From the NCBI GenBank assembly GCA_951406725.2, contig OX597818.1, forward strand, positions 75,144,001 to 75,208,000: DNA of 64,000 nucleotides, in the 5' to 3' direction. Of the stretch, positions 52,190-64,000 are shown one piece after another. Made by a program: the position numbers and the translations under genes. Under the pieces are notes generated by a model. That model saw only the letters and a list, made by a program, of their open reading frames with translations, did not search any database and was not told where the DNA came from. Source of the DNA: Octopus vulgaris (Eukaryota). Numbering within the stretch: the first letter of the stretch is position 1; each line of letters starts with the position of its first letter.

Positions 52190-54606
52190 TGTCATTATTC
52201 AGTTTATTTAAAGATTTCTTGCAAATAGAGAAAGAACAGGTTTCTAACCTAGATCCAAGGTTCCTTCATTGGAATTTCAACATCAACAACAGGGTATTTT
52301 TTTTGTATGAATGTATGAATGTATGTGTGTATGTATGTATGTATGCATGTATGTATGTATGTATGTATGTATGTATGTATGCATGCATGCATGTATGTAT
52401 GTATGTATGTATGTATGTATGTATGTATGTATGTACGTATGTATGTATGTATGTACGTATGTATGTGCAGATTTGTATGTTTTGTGTATGTATTCTCATG
52501 CATATAGTTGCATATCTAGACATGCTCATATATATTTAAATGATAAACTTCTGGAAAGTTTTACAGATTTTTACAGTTCAAATGATGGATTGGATGTGTA
52601 GTCTTCGAATTAGCTTTCTCCTTTCTGATTTTGAGATGCCTAATTTCTCAAGATTGATATTTAGGCAGTGTGTTACATATCCCAAGGCCCCAGTAATTAC
52701 AGGTATAAACCTGCACTTGTAATCTGGATAGAGCAACTGCAGATTTCTCAAAAGTTCAGCTTAGATGCTCTCTTTTTCACTGATTTATGTTAACATCGGC
52801 TGGGCAGCTAATTTCTACAACTGTGCACAGTTTCTATTATCTATCCCAAATCATTATATCAGGTCTGTTGTGCTTACATTTTATAAAGGACTTCACTTAT
52901 ACATTCCACCAGTACTCTCTTTTTATTGTGAGTGTCTATGGCTTCTACCATATTGTGAGTTCTTATTTCTTTATCCTCGTGATTATCCTTCCGACGGATT
53001 TCCTTATAGGGTGCCCTAGTTACAACGTCATGTCTCATCGGTAAATAATACCGTGATGACATTTTCGGACAACTCCTTATGATGTGGCTGATACCTTCAA
53101 TGTGAACCCCACAAAGTCTGCATCGATTGTCACATTTTACTGCTTTTCCTTCGTATCTATCCCGTTTGTGCATCAGGTACTTGGTTGATATTTTCTGTTC
53201 CTGGATTGCAAATGTATACCCTTCAAAGTGGGAGGTAGTAATCCGGCTATTGGTTCATGATAAACTGCTTTGATGATCGATGTTACTATCATCTAAGAGC
53301 TTTCTACTGCTATATCTATGCATTGTCTTCTGTTTATGTGGGCTCATCCTTTCATTTGATGATACGTTGCAGTAGAATCGTGCAACTTCTTTGGGCATGT
53401 ATTCTAGGTTAACATACAAAGAATGTTGCTCAAGAAGCTACCTTCTAAGTCTTATGATGTTATCAGCCTCATGTATGCAAACTTTGGTCAAGGGATGCGC
53501 TTCGACACATGGTGGTTAGACGATGTTGCCGAAGGGCTATGATGTCTCATTCAAAGGTATTTTGGATTGATGTTAAGCCTCTGCCGCCTTGTTTTCGTTT
53601 TAGGTAGAAGTTATCTACATCACTGTTTATGTGGAAATTATGTCTGCTAGTTATTATTTTTCGGGTTTTCCCATCAATGGCTCGGATTTCATCAAACGTT
53701 AAATCAAGCAGCCCAAATATTAGTATGAGTACTGGCACTGCAAACACATTGCGGGCCTCCGTTTTCTGTTTCCTTGTGAACCAGTGAGATATTCTTCAGA
53801 CTTCCTTGACATGAATGACAAGGAGTTTAGAGAAAGTATAAACAACATCACAGAGAGGGTGTCTCCTTGGAATAAATCTCTATGATATTATATTCTATCG
53901 GTGATAATACAGTCACTCTTTGTGTTTAATTTCATGATTGTGACCCACGATGAAGTCAGATCAGCTATGGCTTTGACTATTTTCACTGGAACTTTTGCAA
54001 GTTGAGCTTCTAGCATCCATGAGTGGGGAACAGAGTCAAAGGCTTTCTTGTAGTCTAACCAAAATTGAAACTAGATTTCCCCTATGCTCTCACACTTCTG
54101 ACAGCACAGTTATGTTTATTAACAATTGCTCGGCACATCCCCAAACTCCTCCCTTCTTCCCAGCTGCTTCTTCTGGCGTGATAATGTTATTGGTTTCACA
54201 ATGGTCCTGGAGGAAGAGATTTAAACATGTTGTATATATATCTTATACATTCAGTTCCGGCATGCATTTGTCAAGTAGGTTTTGCCATGTGGGTGGTTCT
54301 GCATTTCGAGATCAATTTTGTCTCTGTCAGAGCTAATCAGTGTGATATGCTACTGTTCCCAATGAAAGCTTGCTGATACATATTGATAAGATATGGGTAG
54401 AATGTCAGCTTCTTGTACCAATATCCAACAATCAAGTCTCTCCCAGGTGCTTTCCATCCTTGAGTTTCTGGATCACAGTTGCAAGAGTTTCACCATCAAT
54501 GCTGTATGTCTTGGATGTAACGCAGGAGAAAAAACCTTTTCGGATTTCTTCCAGCCACAGAGCATCTTGGTTAAATTCCTTCTCTCCACTCCAGTTTTTC
54601 TTCCAG

Positions 54607-54610
<4 letters not shown>
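52190..54610 (-). mobile_element. R4-clade retrotransposon, second lineage, internally deleted
   Basis: IFQGDTLS, QGGRGL, CRLC..E.ISHII.SC..RHD; 3' region embedded in (TATG)n. Confidence 0.85.
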
Positions 54611-54639
<29 letters not shown>

Positions 54640-54642
<3 letters not shown>

Positions 54643-54776
54643 GGTAGGTAGGTAGGCAGGTAGGTAGGTAGGTAGGTAGATAGGTAGGTAGGTAGGTAGG
54701 TAGGTAGGTAGGTAGGTAGGTAGGTAGGTAGGTAGGTAGGTAGGTAGGTAGGTAGGTAGGTAGGTAGGTAGGTAGG
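54640..54776. repeat. (TAGG)n microsatellite
   Basis: Direct reading. Confidence 0.95.
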
Positions 54777-54987
54777 CGGTAATGGAGATAACCGCATTTA
54801 AGCTCAAGATATATATATATTTACATCCAGCCTAACTGTGTTTATCTCCGTTTCTACCTCCATATCACCTGGATTTGGATTTCTCTTTTCACCACTCATG
54901 ACGCAGTGGATCTTGGCCTGGACGAGGGATTCGGAGTATAAGCGCAAATCCTTTTGAGCACTATTTTGTGTTCTCTGTATTGTACAA

Positions 54988-55061
<74 letters not shown>

Positions 55062-55134
55062 TATAGTATATTATATTTAACTATACTTTACGATACTATA
55101 CTAAACTACACTATATTATACATATACATATATT

Positions 55135-55522
55135 CCTTTTACTTGGTTCAGACATTGGTCTGCATCCATGCTAGGGCTCGGCCTTGAAAGGTTTTAGATG
55201 AACAGCTCGACCCCGTATTTATGTTTTCAAGTCTGATATTTACTCCATCGGTCTTTTGTATCGTATCGTTAAGTCACAGAGACGTAAACAGCCCAACACC
55301 GGTTGTCAAGTGATGGAAATACAAACACACGCTCAAAGACATGCACAAAGACAGACACGGTAGACTTCCACACAGTTTCAATCCGACCAAATGCTTTCAG
55401 AAGGTATTGGTCGGGCTGGGGCTATAGCCGAAAATAGTCGAGCAAGGTACCGCGTAGTTGAAGTTAACTCGAAACGCGTGGGTGCCAAGTGCACTCCTTC
55501 AACACCCAGCCAAACCCGCACC
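55135..55522 (-). mobile_element. SINE family A, diverged
   Basis: Similarity to the family A consensus. Confidence 0.7.
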
Positions 55523-55539
55523 TGATTATAATGTGTGTG

Positions 55540-55580
<41 letters not shown>

Positions 55581-55607
55581 TGTGTGTGTGTGTGTGTTTG
55601 TGTGTGA

Positions 55608-55938
55608 AAGTGCATGGCTCGTTGGTTAGTGCGTCGAGCTTACGATCGCGAAGATGTGAGTTCGAATCCCGGACCGGGCTGCGTTTTGTGTTCTTGAGCA
55701 AGACACTTTATTTCACGTCGCTCCAGTTCACTCAGCTGTAGAAATGAGTTGCGACGTCACAGGTGCCAAGCTGTATCGGCTTTTTCATTTCCCTTGGATA
55801 ACACTGGTGGCGTGGAGAGAGGAGACAGTTATGCATGGGCGACTGCTGGTCTTCCATAAACAAACTTGCCGGACTTGTGCCTCGGAGGGTAACTTTCTAG
55901 GTGCAATTCCATGGTCAGTCATGACCGAAGGGGGTCTC
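55608..55938 (+). mobile_element. SINE family D, full length
   Basis: TGGCTCGTTGG A-box, GTTCGAATCC B-box, CTTGAGCAAGACACTT core. Confidence 0.88.
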
Positions 55939-56123
55939 AGCTCAGCATATATATATATATATATATATATATTGTGGGTAGAGATTAATATTAATTAAAT
56001 TCATATCGATTTAAACCAGTGGACTAGCATATTTAGAAAATTCGAAGATTCAGAGAAATTATATTACATACAAATAAGAGGAATGACCACTAGGTGGATT
56101 CCTAATATGCCAGAGGAGGACCC

Positions 56124-56757
56124 TATATGGTTTGGCCACTAAGAAAAATTGTTTTCAAGAAATTTCGGCAAACGCCAGAACGTAAAGCGAGCAAGACAAA
56201 CGAAAAGATACAAAATTTGTTGATAAGCCGCATACCTATATTTCATTATTACCATTTACATTACGCAAATATCCGCAAATCATCAGTGTGACCGTCATGG
56301 AAAATATAACTCACAGAACTATACACGAGACATCTCTACAAGAGAGGACATGCATACAGTTCTATCAATTATATTTGGGGGTATGTTTAAAATTGGTTAT
56401 TTAAATGGTTATTTAATTTTAAATAACCATGTTTTCTAATCGGCAAATTTCAATGCAGAAAAATTATTAACTGCAGGGTCATTTCCGGCTTCGGTGCGCC
56501 AAAACGAAGACATTTGAAATATACCCCCAAATATAATTGATAGAACTGTATACATGTCCTCTCTTGTGAGGATGTGTATAGTTCTGTGAGTTATATTTTC
56601 CATGATGATTTGCGGACATTTTCGTAATGTAAATAGAAACAATGAAATCTAGGTACGTGGTTTATTAACACATTTTGTATCTTTTCATTTGTTTTGCCCG
56701 CTTTACGTTCTGATGTTTGCCGAAATTTCTAGAGAACAGTTTATCTTAGTGGTCAGA

Positions 56758-56764
<7 letters not shown>
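56124..56764. mobile_element. MITE with ~260-bp terminal inverted repeats, Tc1/mariner-like ends
   Basis: TATATGGTTTGGCCACTAAG ... CTTAGTGGTCAGACCATATA; arms pair inward to about 56390 and 56515. Confidence 0.8.
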
Positions 56765-56795
<31 letters not shown>

Positions 56796-56967
56796 CACAG
56801 TGGCTGTGGGGTAAGTAGCTTACTAACCAACCACATGGTTCCGTGTTCAGCCCCATTGCCTGATACCTTGGGCAAGTGTCTTCTACTATAGCCTAGGGCC
56901 AACCAAAGCTTTGTGAGTGGACGGAAACTGAAAGAAGCCCGTCGTATATATATATATATATATATAT

Positions 56968-57240
56968 AGGGAGAATTCACAAGCAAAAAACAAAAGACAA
57001 AGACAGATGGTGTAGACAACACACAGATTATTAGTATAACGCTCGGGTAGTGAAAGGTCTTTAACGTTTCGAGCCAACGCTCTTTCACAGAAAGGAACGC
57101 AGAAAGAAACAAGGAGAGAAAAAAATGTGTAGTGGCCACCGATCTATCATGGCGAATGCCGGATAGAAGGGTCACACACGTGAGCTAGGGAGAAGGGGAA
57201 ATAATAAAGTAGTGGTGATCACAAGACGACGGTGCGCGCG
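56968..57240 (-). mobile_element. CUGU-core hammerhead-like repeat (motif 57059-57094) nested in the TA tract of a family A SINE
   Basis: CUUU CUGUGAA A GAGC GUUG GCUC GAAA CGUU AAAG; SINE halves at 56795-56945 and 57300-57493. Confidence 0.7.
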
Positions 57241-57490
57241 CGTGTATATAAGAGAGTTTGTATGTGCGTGATCTTAACGTGTGCGTGTGTACATATGTAG
57301 GTGTGAAAATGTGGGTCTGTATGTATATGTTTGTGTATCTATGTTTGTCCCCCACCATGTTGCTGTGTTTACGTCCCCACAACTTAGCGGTTCGGCAAAA
57401 GTGACCTACAGAATAAATACTAGACTTACAAAGAATAAGTCCTGGTGATTTGTTCGACTGAAGGCGGTGCTGCAGTATGGCTGCAGTCAA

Positions 57491-57579
<89 letters not shown>

Positions 57580-57733
57580 TAATGTGGGTAGAGATTACTA
57601 TTAATTAAATTCATATCAATTTAAACCAGTGGCCTAGCATATTTAGAAAATTCGAAGATTCAGAGAAATTATATTACATACAAATAAGAGGAATGACCAC
57701 TAGGTGGATTCCTAATATGCCAGAGGAGGACCC

Positions 57734-58367
57734 TATATGGTTTGGCCACTAAGAAAAATTGTTTTCAAGAAATTTCGGCAAACGCCAGAACGTAAAGCGA
57801 GCAAGACAAACGAAAAGATACAAAATTTGTTGATAAGCCGCATACCTATATTTCATTATTACCATTTACATTACGCAAATATCCGCAAATCATCAGTGTG
57901 ACCGTCATGGAAAATATAACTCACAGAACTATACACGAGACATCCCTACAAGAGAGGACATGCATACAGTTCTATCAATTATATTTGGGGGTATGTTTAA
58001 AATTGGTTATTTAAATGGTTATTTAATTTTAAATAACCATGTTTTCTAATCGGCAAATTTCAATGCAGAAAAATTATTAACTGCAGGGTCATTTCCGGCT
58101 TCGGTGCGCCAAAACGAAGACATTTGAAATATACCCCCAAATATAATTGATAGAACTGTATACATGTCCTCTCTTGTGAGGATGTGTATAGTTCTGTGAG
58201 TTATATTTTCCATGATGATTTGCGGACATTTTCGTAATGTAAATAGAAACAATGAAATCTAGGTACGTGGTTTATTAACACATTTTGTATCTTTTCATTT
58301 GTTTTGCCCGCTTTACGTTCTGATGTTTGCCGAAATTTCAAGAGAACAGTTTATCTTAGTGGTCAGA

Positions 58368-58374
<7 letters not shown>
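57734..58374. mobile_element. Second copy of the long-TIR MITE
   Basis: Duplicate of 56124-56764. Confidence 0.8.
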
Positions 58375-58405
<31 letters not shown>

Positions 58406-58571
58406 CACAGTGGCTGTGGGGTAAGTAGCTTACTAACCAACCACATGGTTCCGTGTTCAGCCCCATTGCCTGATACCTTGGGCAAGTGTCTTCTACTATA
58501 GCCTAGGGCCAACCAAAGCTTTGTGAGTGGACGGAAACTGAAAGAAGCCCGTCGTATATATATATATATAT

Positions 58572-58845
58572 AGGGAGAATTCACAAGCAAAAAACAAGAG
58601 ACAAAGACAGATGGTGTAGACAACACACAGATTATTAGTATAACGCTCGGGTAGTGAAAGGTCTTTAACGTTTCGAGCCAACGCTCTTTCACAGAAAGGA
58701 ACGCAGAAAGAAACAAGGAGAGAAAAAAATGTGTAGTGGCCACCGATCTATCATGGCGAATGCCGGATAGAAGGGTCACACACGTGAGCTAGGGAGAAGG
58801 GGAAATAATAAAGTAGTGGTGATCACAAGACGACGGTGCGCGCGC
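58572..58845 (-). mobile_element. Second copy of the CUGU-core repeat (motif 58663-58698)
   Basis: Duplicate of 56968-57240. Confidence 0.7.
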
Positions 58846-59142
58846 GTGTATATAAGAGAGTTTGTATGTGCGTGATCTTAACGTGTGCGTGTGTACATAT
58901 GTAGGTGTGAAAATGTGGGTCTGTATGTATATGTTTGTGTATCTATGTTTGTCCCCCACCATGTTGCTGTGTTTACGTCCCCACAACTTAGCGGTTCGGC
59001 AAAAGAGACCTACAGAATAAATACTAGACTTACAAAGAATAAGTCCTGGTGATTTGTTCGACTAAAGGCGGTGCTGCAGTATGGCTGCAGTCAAATGACT
59101 GAAACAAATAAAAGAATATACATATATATATATAAATATGTG

Positions 59143-59193
<51 letters not shown>

Positions 59194-59228
59194 CAAAGTG
59201 GAGTTGTAAGGTACCGCACGAGTGGAAT

Positions 59229-59305
59229 TATATATGAAAGAAGGTTTGAAAATGCAATTTTAAACATCTTTTAAAATTGCATTTTCAAACCTTCTCTCAT
59301 ATATA
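59229..59305. repeat. Near-perfect 36-bp-arm hairpin
   Basis: TATATATGAAAGAAGGTTTGAAAATGCAATTTTAAA-catct-TTTAAAATTGCATTTTCAAACCTTCTCTCATATATA; one mismatch. Confidence 0.9.
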
Positions 59306-59306
59306 T

Positions 59307-60408
59307 ACTAGCAGTATCACCCAGTGCTGCTTGGGTTTGTTTCGACCCTTTAGAATTGGAATTTTTTGAAAAGTAAAAATTTTTGCATTATGTAACTTGG
59401 TTTTCTCTTCAATTGAACATTTTTCTAGTTTAAATACACCGAAAAATGGTGACACAGCAGTCAAAAATCGTAAAAATAGGGATTTTCATAGAAAAAAAAG
59501 CACCTTTTTGATGTAAATAATTTTTGGTGTTAACATGGTCCGATTTGAATTTTATCTTCTACAGCATGAAGAGCAAGCCTTCTTCTATCATACTCTCAAT
59601 TTTGGTCAACTTGCGCTGCAGGATCTCGAGGGAGATAGTGTTAGTTGAAGGCTACCAAACCTGCCACACACAGACAACTTCAGCTTTATATATATGGATT
59701 TGCTACACACTACTTTCCATCCTTAATAATGAAACTTGGTAGATCCAAAAGTTAAACACACAGATACACACACAGACACACAAGTTGAGTTTTATATATA
59801 GAGATTTCTCAATATATATAGAGATTTCAGGGGAGAGTTTCAGGGAGTCGCTGGCGCTGTATCGTGATGATCCAAAATCCGGCCTGCTAAAATTTGGTTA
59901 AAATGATTCAAACTGCAGACTCAACGCAAAATGGTCACATTTGATTCAAAGAGTTAAAAATGTTATGAAAACAATTGGTATGTGTTCAGAAAGTCCAAAC
60001 GATTAATACGAAAAAAACCCTCCAGGCTACATCCCGAAAATTCATTTCTTTGCCGAATTTCAACAATGTTTACGGCGATTCGTTTTTATATCTTGATTTT
60101 TTTATTTTTCATGCAATTTACGCATGCTTGCACGCGTGGTGAACACAGTTCACGTCAAACAGCTGACTGAGTAAATTTCACTATTCAATGCATGGGATAA
60201 GGCCTAAACAAACGCATTTTGCACCTGCGAGATGAATTTCGGAAAAGAAATAGCGCAGTTCAATTTTCATTCGCCTAAACTTTAAGTGACCCATTTTTGG
60301 TGGTTCTACGATTTGTTGGCTAGGAGGAGATGTGCCGGGAAGTTAAACACACAGACACACACACAGATACACACACAGACGCACAAGTTGAGTTTTATAT
60401 ATATAGAT
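59307..60408 (+). mobile_element. Helitron/Helentron-type non-autonomous element(s) with repeated 3' ends
   Basis: 5' ACTAGC..CCCAG-TGCTG-CTTGGG hairpin; (CA/CAGA) tract plus TTTATATATA.RGAT ends near 59698, 59804 and 60408. Confidence 0.55.
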
Positions 60409-61544
60409 ATATATAGTTTACCGTTCCGTTAAGCTAAGATTAACACAAAAGGTCCTGCATCCGGTGAGAGATGAATATCATCTAATGTTCGCAATATAAA
60501 GATACGAGCTAGTTAGAGGTTCTTGCTTTAGAGAGGATAGTCTAGGCAAGCTTTTATGATGCACCTTGTGTCTCAAAGCAATCCTAAGGCTCTGGACACA
60601 TGCGTATGCATGTATGCATGTATGCATGTTTGTGAATGTGTGTGTAATAAATGATATAAAAGGTACTGAAAATCTGATTGCGACCGGAGGAAAAGAATTG
60701 AGAGAAGCAGGTATAACAGGATTATATTGAAATATATATGAAAGTTACAATGAATATCTGTTGTTGTTTATGATGTGAGTACGAGCAGCTTGCGTGGATT
60801 AGTGCTGAACTTAAAAATTAATGAATGTGAATGTTTATAATGCACATTTATTTATTGGAACATTCTGCTATATGGAAAGGAATACGTGAAGATAAAGAGT
60901 TGAATATATCAAAGTGTGTTTTGTTATAAAATATTTATGATCAGTAAGACAGTCTTTAACTTTCCATATATATTTCAAAAATGTTTTAAACAGATTTTAT
61001 TTTATTTTATTTTATTTCCCATTCCACAACGTTGTACTGTTTAAAATTGCATTTCTAACATTCGTATTGAATGAACGTACTCCTAACAGTATTAATATAT
61101 AATGACTTCCATCATTTACAATGTATTTACGAAAAGTACCATACCGCAAACTCTACAAACCTGCATACATGTCACGGATAGGTTATTAATTAAATTGAAT
61201 GATAGCTAAATGTAGTATCTTCACTAACGGGCGAGGAAACGAGCGGAGAGAGGGAAGAAAGAAGAGAGAAGAGGAAGAGAAAATTTAAGAGACATTTGAT
61301 CGAGTATTTGTAGTATTTAACAGCAAAAAGAACTTGATGACATAGACAAATTAGACACTATCAGTTCACTGTTTCCTTATAACATGGCAGAACTTTTTGA
61401 CTCTCGTCTCTGCAGAGGAGAAACTAAAAATTAAAATATCTTGTTAGTAGAAGTAATGATGTTTAATCTCAAATAGGCGCAGATACAATCATGATCAGTC
61501 CTTCATTTTTTGCTGACCCTGTGTATCTATAAATATGTAAAGCG

Positions 61545-61920
61545 CATGCATGGTGAAGAATCTCACTTTGCACCCTCAAGATTTCAGGTTCAGTCCCATT
61601 GCGTGGCATCTTGACAAGTGTCTTCTACTATATCCCCGTACCAATCAACGCATTGTGAGTGAGTTAGAAATTCGGAAACTGTGTGAAAACCTGTTGCATA
61701 TGTTTGTGTGTTAACAAGCGCACGTGAGTGTGTCTTTGTGCCCGTATTTGCCCCTTCCCCGTCACCGCTTGAGAACTGGCGTTGGTTTGCTTATGTCCTA
61801 GTAACTTAGTAGTTCGGCAAAAGAGGCCGATAGAGTAAATATCAGACATGAAATCGATTTGAATCGACTAAAAGGCGTTACCACAGGATGGCTGCAGTCC
61901 AATGACTGAATCAAAAGAAA
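61545..61920 (+). mobile_element. SINE family A, diverged
   Basis: Consensus similarity. Confidence 0.75.
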
Positions 61921-62179
61921 ATGGAAGTGATCCAGCATGACCACAGCCTTTAGCCTGAAACGTATAAAAGGTTAAAACAACATTCCTTTTTTTTCAAGTT
62001 GGTACTGTGAAATTTCTCACCATATAATTCATCAGAATGCTACTGCTTGGAATAAAGTGATGAGATTGAAATAGAATAATTAACATGAGCTCTATACTCT
62101 CTGCTGGGAAAAAATGGAAATAAATTCATCATATTTTATTTCCACCAAATTTGAGATGGACATAAATATCAAAATTTCA

Positions 62180-62510
62180 CGTGGCTGTGTTATTAAAAAG
62201 GTCACTTTGCAACCATGTGGATTTGGGTGTTGTCCCACTGCACGGCATCTTCGGCAAGTGTCTTCTACCATATTCCGGGCCGACTAATGACTTGTAAGTG
62301 AAGATGATGGACGGAAACTGTGTGCAAGCCTGTTAGTTTGATAAACAAACTAGCACCAGTTGTGGGGGGGGGGGGGCATAGCGGTTCGGTAAGAAGAGTT
62401 TAAGTGCCAGACTTGAAAATAGTCTGGGATAAATTTGTTCGACTAAACCCTTCACAACGGTATCCCAGCATGGCCACAATCCAATGACTGAAAGAAGTAA
62501 AAGATAAATG
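62180..62510 (+). mobile_element. SINE family A, diverged
   Basis: Consensus similarity. Confidence 0.75.
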
Positions 62511-63412
62511 ATAGAATGATACTCTTTCAAACTAAATAGTTACTAAGCAGCGAATTTACGCCTACGGAAGAAATCATATCAACCATTATAAATTGACATA
62601 CGACCTCGGTGATACATTATAAAAAGAAATGATTATTATAGATTTTCGGTGGGTGAGATTTTGTTTGAATTCTTTTTATATTTTTAATATTACACTCGTC
62701 GAAATCGTACCAAATAACCACTCACATAATGCAATCTTTTCTATTCACTATTGTTGCAGACTAATCTAATTCCCGTGTTAATTATTACCACAGCGACCAT
62801 TGCGATCGAATTTAAATCAGTCGCCATTTTTCTTTTGCCCAGTATCAATAAATGACTCAACGGCAATTTTATAAGATCAATGACAATATGATCAATAATC
62901 GATAGTTGTTGTGACATTAGGGTTGGGAGGGGCAGCAGAATGTGAAATATTGGTTTGACGAAACATCAAACGGAAATCCAACCAGGAATTGATTTAGGAA
63001 GAAATTAATATTCATTTGCATATTATTTTGGCCAAAGCTTTCGATACTCAAGTTCCTTTTTATTAGTTTATTATTGTGAAAGGAGCGACGACAAAGTTCT
63101 TGATGGAAGCTACTTTAACATTGCTATATGTTCACTAGATATGCAGCATATACATGTGTGTATACATATATATATATACACATATATATGTGTGTTTGTG
63201 TATGTGTATAAATAAGTACACACACACATATATATATATACACACACGTTTATATATCATCGCTACATTAGTTCACTAGATATACACCATAACTAAATGA
63301 ATAAATACAGAGAGAAGAAGAGAGAAGTAATATACAGAGAGGAAGAGAGAAAGGGAAATACAGAGAAAGATGATAAATACATACATATACATACTTTTTA
63401 TTATTTTTCCAG

Positions 63413-63728
63413 TCAACATTCCTTCAAAGGTCCAAGATCCTCCAGAAGATCATTTCCGTCCCAGAGCGAAGGAAACGAGGCAGAATTACGTGCAATGAAA
63501 TATTGTATCGAATCAATAGCCATAGCATTAAATCCATACGAGTGAGGATGGTTCACTAGGATAGATCCCCAACATGTTTCATGTAGGATTGTTTTCTAAT
63601 TTCAGTTAAACTATGGTCAACACCTGGCCGGAGGACAAATGGATCTATTCAAATCGCGGTTCAAACCTACTTTGAAGAAGCGCGACGTTGAGATTTCAGA
63701 AATAGGAAACCTTGTTACTCGTCACTGA
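63413..63728 (+). other. Candidate spliced exons (63413-63541 and 63606-63728) of an unidentified gene
   Basis: Pyrimidine tract plus CCAG acceptor, GTGAGG donor, 64-nt intron ending TTTCTAATTTCAG; spliced phase-0 frame is open for 83 aa; no recognisable domain. Confidence 0.3.
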
Positions 63729-64000
63729 GTTTGACGTTCTCACTGTTGGAGGAGAATTTTAATCTGTGGGAAAAAACGCACTCACTGTGCCAGCAAAAAC
63801 AAGAAAACAGACATGCAAGAAAATTTAGCCCTGGCTCACTCCTCCAAGCATTAACATGTGTCTTCCGCAATTAAGGTTAACTCAATGTTGAGAATACTTA
63901 GATATCAAAATATTCGCGAATGGGCAAGATGGCCAAAATCATACATAACGGACAACTATAAATAAGTATGCATTCATATACGTATGCACAGTAGAGCACA

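Larger units (their letters stand above)
55973..59097 (+). repeat. Near-identical ~1.6-kb tandem duplication
   Basis: 55973-57493 matches 57583-59097 (offset ~1610); ORF translations 56436 and 58046 are identical; junction is a (TA)n tract. Confidence 0.95.

Noticed and set aside
54640-54776. Telomere-like repeat
   Set aside because: The unit is TAGG, not TTAGGG; an ordinary microsatellite.

Overview
AT-rich, microsatellite-dense eukaryotic repeat DNA. The SINE families resemble cephalopod (Octopus-type) repeats; this is recognition from memory, not a search. No host protein-coding gene is confidently supported, and most listed ORFs are microsatellite artefacts. Recognisable content: several R4/Dong-clade RLE non-LTR retrotransposon copies, including a head-to-tail trio in (TAA)n and a young copy at 46669-47943; a CR1-type LINE apparently split by a ~2.7 kb inversion; Penelope-like, Tx1-like, mariner, maT, MULE, Bel/Pao and Helitron-type remnants; four tRNA-derived SINE families; a long-TIR MITE inside a ~1.6 kb near-identical tandem duplication. 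The most notable signal is a set of about 12 type I hammerhead-ribozyme-like motifs in about 7 unrelated repeat families. Three families have the same architecture: two inverted arms, each with an outward-reading hammerhead. One of these has a tRNA-like Pol III head. Many cores carry recurrent non-canonical substitutions (U4C, A6U, A9C). All folds were read by eye and activity is untested.
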